This document shows positions 57,982 to 64,000 of a stretch of 64,000 nt of DNA, one piece after another (positions within the stretch are counted from its first letter, which is position 1; the number at the start of each line of letters is the position of its first letter). Under the pieces are notes generated by a model. That model ran no database searches, was not told where the DNA came from, and saw only the letters and a list, made by a program, of their open reading frames with translations. The stretch comes from Candidatus Diapherotrites archaeon LH_S9 (GTDB taxonomy: Archaea; B1Sed10-29; WALL01; JAGXON01). The translations under genes and the position numbers were made by a program. The stretch lies in contig JAGXON010000005.1 of NCBI GenBank assembly GCA_023659865.1, positions 1 through 64,000 of the forward strand, given 5' to 3'.

Positions 57982-59249
57982 GCGGCCTAGCGGCAGCAAA
58001 AACAAAAAAAAGAGTTAAAGACCTGCTCGAGGCCCAGGAGCACAGAGGAAAAAACAAAACCGTTTTACCAGGATCCACGAACCTTGGGCACTCTAAACTC
58101 GTCGAACACAAGAAACAAGTGGACGAACAACAAGAACTGATTCTAGACGGAAAAATTTACCACTCCAACGACCTGAAAGACCTTGCAAAAGCTATTGAAA
58201 CCAACTCTTTAAACGAAATAGACGCAGAATACGCGTTCATCAAAAGAAAAAAAGATAAATTGGTAATCGGAAGAGACCTAGCAGGATCAAGACCTCTCTG
58301 GATAGGGTTCAGCAAAGAGTACGAACTAGCTTCAGAAGCAAAAGCACTGGAAAATCCAGTAAAGCCTGTGCTACCAGGAGAAACTCTTGAAGTAAGTGAA
58401 CAAGGTATCAAAGTCCTAAATCGAGTTCACTGGCAGAAACCAAAAGAACTAAAGAAAAAAAGAGGAAAACTGAAAGAAACGCTCGTGGAAAGCATTAAAA
58501 AAAGAGCAGAAGGACTTGAAAAAGCAGGGCTGCTCTTTTCAGGAGGAGTGGATTCCTCGATACTGGCAAAAGTACTGAAAGACGAGCTAAACCTCACTTG
58601 CTACTGCGCTGGCTACAAAGACTCGCCAGACCTAGAGTACAGCGAAAAAGTAGCTGAAGAACTTGGTTTGGAACTTGAAAAAGTTTCTTTAACTCGGAAA
58701 GAAATAAAGGAACTGATACCAGAAACCATTAAAGCTATTGAGTCAGGCAACGTCATGAAAGTCGGAGTTGCAATGCCTTTCTTAGCCTGCGCCAAGAAAG
58801 CTGAAGAAACTACAATGTTTTCAGGAGTAGGAGCCGAAGAACTTTTCGCCGGGTACTCCAGACACAAACAAAAACTAGAAGAAAGCGGGTGGAAAGCACT
58901 TCAAGAAGAAATGTGGAAAGGAATAGAAAGTGCTTGGCAAAGAGACCTGTACAGAGACAACTTAGCGCTGGCAAGCGAATCAAAAGAACTTGAAACCCCT
59001 TTCATGGACAAAAAAATGATAGAAGAATCCATGAAAATACATCCATCACTCAAAATCAACAAGAACTACAAGAAAAAAGTCTTAAGAGATATTGCAAACG
59101 AACTGAATGTTCCTAGCACCAGTTCAAAGAGACCGAAGAAAGCAGCTCAATACGGATCAAGAACAGACCGAGAGATGCGGAAAATAGCAAAAAAAGAAGG
59201 AGAAAAAGTCTGGGATTACCTGGAATCTATTGAACAGTCCTTACAATGA
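57978..59249 (+). CDS. asparagine synthetase (AsnB)-like Ntn-amidotransferase/PP-loop protein with Ser in place of the N-terminal Cys
   Basis: MSGLAA... (expected MCGI...), NGEIYN-like DGKIYHSNDL, RDLAGSRPLW, PP-loop LFSGGVDSS. Confidence 0.55.
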   Translation: MSGLAAAKTKKRVKDLLEAQEHRGKNKTVLPGSTNLGHSKLVEHKKQVDEQQELILDGKIYHSNDLKDLAKAIETNSLNEIDAEYAFIKRKKDKLVIGRDLAGSRPLWIGFSKEYELASEAKALENPVKPVLPGETLEVSEQGIKVLNRVHWQKPKELKKKRGKLKETLVESIKKRAEGLEKAGLLFSGGVDSSILAKVLKDELNLTCYCAGYKDSPDLEYSEKVAEELGLELEKVSLTRKEIKELIPETIKAIESGNVMKVGVAMPFLACAKKAEETTMFSGVGAEELFAGYSRHKQKLEESGWKALQEEMWKGIESAWQRDLYRDNLALASESKELETPFMDKKMIEESMKIHPSLKINKNYKKKVLRDIANELNVPSTSSKRPKKAAQYGSRTDREMRKIAKKEGEKVWDYLESIEQSLQ

Positions 59250-59862
59250 TGTCTTCTCCGGACTTATCTCGGTCAGAAACATTGGCTTTGAATTTATAAT
59301 CACCGCTAACTAATTCTTCTGTCACATTCATCTCGCATTCCCCAGAATACTCCCCTAAGTCGTCTTCTGTTAAATTATCGTCTTCCAAGAAAACCCATGT
59401 ATCAGTATCGTTCCAATACAAAGAAAAGTTCTCATCGTCCTCAGCCAAGGAACCTTCTGGATTGCAGGCCCTGACATTGAAAGTTACGTTACCGTCTAAC
59501 GGGTCTTCGTCATTCTCAGTTAAGACAACGGTTGGAGCATAATTTTCTACTAAAATTACCTCAATGTTCATAAGCTCGTTGTCCGTGAAACTTAAAGTGG
59601 TTTCGTTCCCATAACGAGATATCTCTGGACCAACATCCTGCCCAATAACTACTGTCTTAAAAATATCCTGATTACACTCCATATTCTCCTTGCAATAGTA
59701 ATCCGCGAGGTCACCATGCCATTTAGTCATCTCAACTGTCATGCCAACCTGACTAGCAGAGTGAACATCATTCATAACAAACAAAAAGGAAAACATTGAT
59801 GCTATAACCCCGATAAAAACTAGAGACATGGCTGCACTGGAAATAAATCCTCTTTTATTCAT
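59227..59862 (-). CDS. class III signal peptide (pilin-like) secreted protein
   Basis: MNKRG|FISSAAMSLVFIGVIASMF. Confidence 0.45.
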   Translation of the reverse strand: MNKRGFISSAAMSLVFIGVIASMFSFLFVMNDVHSASQVGMTVEMTKWHGDLADYYCKENMECNQDIFKTVVIGQDVGPEISRYGNETTLSFTDNELMNIEVILVENYAPTVVLTENDEDPLDGNVTFNVRACNPEGSLAEDDENFSLYWNDTDTWVFLEDDNLTEDDLGEYSGECEMNVTEELVSGDYKFKANVSDRDKSGEDIIVRTVQ

Positions 59863-60139
59863 GGATTCCCCTCACACAAACTAGTTTCTTGGAATCAGCT
59901 GTCCCATTAAACGAATAGACATCTAAATTAACTCCCTCGGAACATCCATCACTGTAATTAAACCCTGCAGGCGGATCTGAGGTGTTGGCCTGACCCATAT
60001 CGTGAGCTACTTTCATAGAATCAGTTAAACCATAGTTAGGATTTGAACTCAAAGCCATTGAGAAAACGGCTGTGAAAAGAACAAGCAAAACCGACGCTAT
60101 GAAAACTGCTTCAAAAGAATAAACTAATCCTTTTCGCAT
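59855..60139 (-). CDS. class III signal peptide (pilin-like) protein (start taken at the internal Met)
   Basis: MRKG|LVYSFEAVFIASVLLVLF; upstream extension of the ORF lacks a signal-peptide-like N-terminus. Confidence 0.4.
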   Translation of the reverse strand: MRKGLVYSFEAVFIASVLLVLFTAVFSMALSSNPNYGLTDSMKVAHDMGQANTSDPPAGFNYSDGCSEGVNLDVYSFNGTADSKKLVCVRGIHE

Positions 60140-60453
60140 ACAAACACCTTTACAGAATTGTTTTGAGTTCCTCTGATACTGGAAAAGCAAGTGCTGTAAT
60201 CTGCAGTAGCAGATTTTTTTTCAAAAACAACATAACCTTCCTTTTTGGCAGAATTATTCAACACTTTTAAGCTTTTGTTATAGTATTTTAGAGCTGCTGC
60301 ATCATCAGCCATCTGGTTTAATTTCATTGACCGAACTGATTCACTGCTAGCGTCAAAAAACCCTGTTCTTAACTGAACCAAAGCAGCTATAGTTGCCACT
60401 ATTAAAATAAGAGCGATAACCAGGTCAAGCGAGAACATCTGTCCTTTTTTCAT
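60124..60453 (-). CDS. class III signal peptide (pilin-like) protein
   Basis: MKKG|QMFSLDLVIALILIVATIAAL. Confidence 0.5.
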   Translation of the reverse strand: MKKGQMFSLDLVIALILIVATIAALVQLRTGFFDASSESVRSMKLNQMADDAAALKYYNKSLKVLNNSAKKEGYVVFEKKSATADYSTCFSSIRGTQNNSVKVFVCEKD

Positions 60454-60923
60454 GACTTTTCCTCCATCACGATAGTTTCATTACAATCAAAAACATTCTT
60501 ACTCGTACTCACGTTGCTTACTAGAGCAGGGTACTTGGCGCTCACGGTTTCAGAAGTTCCTGTCTCTGCTCTCTCGTAGCCTATTGAGGTTTCCACAAAG
60601 TTGGAATCGTTGTTCAAAGTCACGTTGCACGAGACTGGCTTGATCAAAGTTGATCCTGAAACAAATGCAAAACCTTCAGAAGAAATGCTTGACCCGGGTT
60701 CTGAAGGATCTTTTAAACTAAGGTTCATTTTCTTCCCGTCTATAGCGTGAAAGTGATTTATTGCGGAACCGACTCCTGCACTCATTGATTCTGCTTTCTG
60801 ATGTAACCCAAAAGCTATGCTGTCTTCTAACTGCATGTAAGCTAAGGGAAAGAAAAGAACTAGGATGCTTAGAGCTACTGAAAGAGAAAGTAAAAAATCA
60901 ATGGAGATCGATCCTTTTCTCAT
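60450..60923 (-). CDS. class III signal peptide (pilin-like) protein
   Basis: MRKG|SISIDFLLSLSVALSILVLFF. Confidence 0.45.
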   Translation of the reverse strand: MRKGSISIDFLLSLSVALSILVLFFPLAYMQLEDSIAFGLHQKAESMSAGVGSAINHFHAIDGKKMNLSLKDPSEPGSSISSEGFAFVSGSTLIKPVSCNVTLNNDSNFVETSIGYERAETGTSETVSAKYPALVSNVSTSKNVFDCNETIVMEEKS

Positions 60924-60931
60924 CTTATCAA

Positions 60932-61294
60932 TTACTCTTCAACAACCCTTAAACTTATTTCTTTTCCTGCCGGGCTGTACGCCCTAACAGATTCCGAGTT
61001 AAAAGGAGGGAACACAATCAAGTGAACTTCTCCCCCTGTCCTGAAGAACTCGAGATCTGCTGCAGAAGGACCTGACTTAACAGGATGAGAGTGAATAGTG
61101 CCCACTACACCTGAATCAAGTGGAACCATGTTTTTCTTCAGAGTAGCTGAATGTTTATCTGATTCAGTGCCCGGAATAACCAAAACCTCTTTGATGACAT
61201 CATCTTCAGCTCTCAATAACCCGAGGAATTCGTCAGGATAAGTGTTTCTAGACGCTTCCAGAACGAATTCAAGAGTGCTCTTCTTTATCTTCAT
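60932..61294 (-). CDS. JAMM/MPN+ metalloprotease-domain protein
   Basis: E...HSHPVKSGPSAAD (JAMM motif HxHx7Sx2D) with upstream Glu; start placed at MKIKKSTLEF. Confidence 0.55.
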   Translation of the reverse strand: MKIKKSTLEFVLEASRNTYPDEFLGLLRAEDDVIKEVLVIPGTESDKHSATLKKNMVPLDSGVVGTIHSHPVKSGPSAADLEFFRTGGEVHLIVFPPFNSESVRAYSPAGKEISLRVVEE

Positions 61295-62430
61295 TAAAAA
61301 TAGTAAAGCAAGAGAGGGATTAAAATGCTTCCCATACAACAGCTTCTTCTCACCCTGGAAAAAACGCATCCAATCCCAAGCAAAGAACAAACAAAAAGCA
61401 ACAAAATACCTCTCAACCCAGCGAACCAGGAAACAATTACCAAAACCAGGCCAACAGCCAAATAATTCAGCTTCGAGTACTTGCTGAAAACAGCTGCGAA
61501 ACGAGGACCTAGTGAAAGCGCTAGAAATGCTGACAAACCTAACGCAAGTAAAACCAGGCCAGTTAAATGAAAAAAGTTCTGAGAATAGTAGTTTCTTACA
61601 GCTATAGCGGCTCCGCTGCGAGGTCTACCGATCAAAAAAATAGCTAGAACAGAAACAAAAGCGTAAACCGTGTTAGTCCCACCAATCACAACCATTTTAT
61701 CTAAAGCTCTGCGTATGCCACAGAATTTTTTTGTAGCCACACCGACCACGGAAGACGTTACTCCAGGAAGCACTCCAGCAAAAAGACCTCCTAGCCCCCC
61801 GAAAAGAACTGGTCTGAAACCAATATCGGTTTTACCTGCTTCTTCTTGCTTAGGTAACTTAGTCCTGTTTTTGATCATGAAGAACACGGCGCTAACTGCA
61901 AAAAAACCTGAGAACATGCATAAGAACGCGTGAGACGAAGAAAACTGGTCCAGAGCAATCACGCCAATCAAACCAGAAACCAACACCGCTAAAAAAGACT
62001 TGAACTTTTTTTCAGAAGAGAAAGAAAGCAATAACACTAAAGAGATAACAAAGAAAGGTATCAAGGCCTGAATATCGTCGTAGAAGCCTGTGAGTATGGA
62101 AGTGGCTGGCAGAAGAATTAAAACAATTAATGAAGCTGAAACACCGCCGATAACTGATGCTTTGAAAGCTTTCAGACCCTTTCCTTTCAACGCTAGTCTG
62201 TGTCCAGGTAGGAGCGCCATTGCGCTTGATTCCTCGGGAACGCCTAGAAAAATTGTGGGGATGAAGTTGAAGAAAGAGTCAGAGACTATTGTGCCTACTG
62301 CAAAACCTGGAACAAAGTTCGGTTCAAGCAAGAAAAACAGTGGAATGAATGTATTGAGGTGAACGCCGGGCGCCAGCCCGGTGAATATTCCGAACAAGCA
62401 GCCGATAAAGACTGAGATCAGTTTCCCCAC
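61294..62430 (-). CDS. TctA-family (DUF112) membrane transporter-like protein
   Basis: Repeated GxxxGLAPGV / GGLFAGVLPGVTSS motifs and about 10 TM helices. Confidence 0.4.
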   Translation of the reverse strand: MGKLISVFIGCLFGIFTGLAPGVHLNTFIPLFFLLEPNFVPGFAVGTIVSDSFFNFIPTIFLGVPEESSAMALLPGHRLALKGKGLKAFKASVIGGVSASLIVLILLPATSILTGFYDDIQALIPFFVISLVLLLSFSSEKKFKSFLAVLVSGLIGVIALDQFSSSHAFLCMFSGFFAVSAVFFMIKNRTKLPKQEEAGKTDIGFRPVLFGGLGGLFAGVLPGVTSSVVGVATKKFCGIRRALDKMVVIGGTNTVYAFVSVLAIFLIGRPRSGAAIAVRNYYSQNFFHLTGLVLLALGLSAFLALSLGPRFAAVFSKYSKLNYLAVGLVLVIVSWFAGLRGILLLFVCSLLGIGCVFSRVRRSCCMGSILIPLLLYYF

Positions 62431-62792
62431 CTCATTTCTTTGGCAACCACTTCCAGTTCTCCTTTATACCTTTTTACTTTCCCGATAGCGTGAACTGGAT
62501 CTCCTTTAAGCAAGTAGTATGGGTTTAAGCTTGTCTGCTGTGCATCATCTTTGAAAACAACTACTTTTTCATCGTTCACTGAAAGAAAGACGTGTCCTTC
62601 GTGAACCCATTTTGAGTTAACTGTTCCTGAGAGTCTTACTTTTTTCCCGATCAGTTCAGAAGAAAGCGAGTTCGTTTTCACAGGTTCTTCTGCAGTAAAG
62701 TGGATAAGTAGTATGCCTGCAACGGATAGAAGAACGCATGAAAAGTAGACTATGTTTTCTTTTTTATCCTCCACGGTTTTCTCCTCTCCCAA
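62418..62792 (-). CDS. membrane-anchored OB-fold (BOF/tRNA_anti-like) protein
   Basis: N-terminal TM followed by GKKVRLSGTVNSKWVHEGHVFLSVNDEKVVVF beta-rich pattern. Confidence 0.35.
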   Translation of the reverse strand: MGEEKTVEDKKENIVYFSCVLLSVAGILLIHFTAEEPVKTNSLSSELIGKKVRLSGTVNSKWVHEGHVFLSVNDEKVVVFKDDAQQTSLNPYYLLKGDPVHAIGKVKRYKGELEVVAKEMRWGN

Positions 62793-63268
62793 AACTTTTT
62801 CCTGACATCTGCTATGACTTCATTCCCTTCTTTGATGCCTTTCTTGCTTTCTATCGCGTAAACTCCTTTTCTGACTCCTGAAGCGAAGTCAAAACTTGTT
62901 TCGATGACTGCCCAGTGTTTGTTCGCGACCAGAATCTTTCCTTTAACCTCGTCCTTCATGAAAAAGAGTTTGAATACCACGAAAAAAGCTATCAGTACCA
63001 CAAAATAAACGATCGTCAGACTAATTTCCGTGGGAATGAACGCTAAAGCAAGCCCAAGCAACGAAAGTCCACCGAAGAAATAAATAACGGACTTCTTTCC
63101 GTCCCTGTAGATCATGAAAGCGTTGAACAAAAGAACAATTAGAGAAAAAGCCTTCAGAAGATTTTCTTGAACCATCTGAGATAAGAGACTGGAGAAGAAT
63201 ATGATTATCGAAGTTATTTGAAGCAAAAATATTTTCTTGCCTCTCCCACTGAAATCGATTTTGTTCAT
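62750..63268 (-). CDS. membrane protein with C-terminal beta-barrel (NfeD-short-like)
   Basis: 3 TM helices then GKILVANKHWAVIETSFDFASGVRKGVYAIESKKGIKEGNEVIADV. Confidence 0.3.
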   Translation of the reverse strand: MNKIDFSGRGKKIFLLQITSIIIFFSSLLSQMVQENLLKAFSLIVLLFNAFMIYRDGKKSVIYFFGGLSLLGLALAFIPTEISLTIVYFVVLIAFFVVFKLFFMKDEVKGKILVANKHWAVIETSFDFASGVRKGVYAIESKKGIKEGNEVIADVRKKFWERRKPWRIKKKT

Positions 63269-63300
63269 AATTTGTTTTTCACAACGAGTTTTATTAAGTT

Positions 63301-63675
63301 TTACGATGCAATCTCAAGGTCTACGACAAGGCCCTTGCAAGCGCCTTCAGTTTCTTTCGAGCAACCGAGAGCAGCTGAAACTTTACGTTGAATGCTCAAA
63401 AGCTTTTCTTCATCAAAGATATTGCTTGCGCACTCGTTATCAGAGAAGTAAAGGGTCCAGTTCCCTGTCTTGTTCAGGCCAGTGAGATAAGTCCCAGTGC
63501 AGTTCGGTAGCTTGGTTTTGTGTTTGTTCAGCTCGAGCTCGACCTGGTTCTTTACAACAGTTTCTGCAATCGTGCTCCAGGATTCTTTTGAGTAAGTTGT
63601 GTAAAAGAAAACAACCGAAGCTAGTACTATGGATACGATGAGAATTGCTTCAACTGAAGTCTGAGCTTTTTTCAT
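63301..63675 (-). CDS. class III signal peptide (pilin-like) protein
   Basis: MKKA|QTSVEAILIVSIVLASVVFF. Confidence 0.45.
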   Translation of the reverse strand: MKKAQTSVEAILIVSIVLASVVFFYTTYSKESWSTIAETVVKNQVELELNKHKTKLPNCTGTYLTGLNKTGNWTLYFSDNECASNIFDEEKLLSIQRKVSAALGCSKETEGACKGLVVDLEIAS

Positions 63676-63700
63676 TCAAATGAAAGTAAAGCAAGTTCCA

Positions 63701-63994
63701 TTAAAATAATTTTGGTGAAACCGAAACCAGGATCCACAGAAGGTCTCCAACAAAAACAGAGATAACAAGTCCAGCAAAAAGAATTGGGACAAATGGAACA
63801 GAAGACTTCAAACTAACTTCCTTCAATCCAGATTCCTTTATCTTTTTCAATTGCTCTTCTGAAAGCCCAGCTGCATCCTTGCTGGAAGCAACTGCGTTCT
63901 TAGGGAAAAGAAAGTTTTTAAGTTCATCCGGATTACTGAACGCTTCAGAAAGGGAGGGTCTTTCCACTCTTTTCAGTTCTCCATCAGTCTCCAC
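63701..63994 (-). CDS. hypothetical small membrane protein (GTG start near the window edge; may extend beyond)
   Basis: 97-aa ORF with a C-terminal TM; abuts the window end. Confidence 0.2.
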   Translation of the reverse strand: METDGELKRVERPSLSEAFSNPDELKNFLFPKNAVASSKDAAGLSEEQLKKIKESGLKEVSLKSSVPFVPILFAGLVISVFVGDLLWILVSVSPKLF

Positions 63995-64000
63995 TAGCGT

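Noticed and set aside
1-64000. CRISPR arrays, tRNA and rRNA genes
   Set aside because: No regularly spaced direct repeats, no cloverleaf-compatible GC-rich ~75-nt islands with GTTCRANYC-type T-arms, and no rRNA-like long ORF-free blocks were seen by eye. A tRNAscan/cmsearch run would be needed to exclude small RNAs definitively.

Overview
AT-rich, very gene-dense chromosomal segment that looks archaeal. The markers are an archaeal two-subunit PheRS, membrane LonB, PCNA, RFC large and small subunits, RadB, Csl4 with RpoL, Pelota with ABCE1/RLI, a Sec11-type signal peptidase, CDC48 and a reverse-gyrase-free type IA topoisomerase. Abundant K/E-rich proteins, many overlapping start/stop codons and numerous small class-III-signal ('archaeal type IV pilin-like') genes suggest a small-genome DPANN-like archaeon; that assignment is inference. 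Most of the window is housekeeping: information processing (glyA, pheST, rnz, pyrG, topA, rfcLS, pcna, radB, an MtaB-like methylthiotransferase, a Taw3-like protein, an m2G methyltransferase) and proteolysis (M29 aminopeptidase-TldD-TldE, LonB, PfpI, M50, JAMM). Non-routine content: (i) a C-terminal fragment of an IS200/IS605-family TnpB flanked by two copies of a ~60-nt hairpin repeat, with a third solo copy 30 kb away; two of the copies sit ~50 nt upstream of start codons (pcna and a PRC-barrel/C2H2 gene); (ii) a ~380-bp ORF-free, locally GC-richer interval after the signal peptidase gene with a Y-shaped two-hairpin structure (GNRA loop), a candidate structured ncRNA of unknown identity; (iii) two clusters of class-III-signal pilin-like genes (7 and 4-5 genes) with adjacent M50, JAMM, TctA-like and OB-fold membrane proteins; (iv) a PRC-barrel protein carrying a textbook eukaryote-like C2H2 zinc finger; (v) an AsnB-like amidotransferase whose N-terminal nucleophile Cys is replaced by Ser; (vi) a SAM-methyltransferase of uncertain substrate (DNA vs RNA) overlapping the 3' end of ABCE1; (vii) a bacterial-type cold-shock protein. 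No CRISPR array, tRNA or rRNA gene was recognised by eye.
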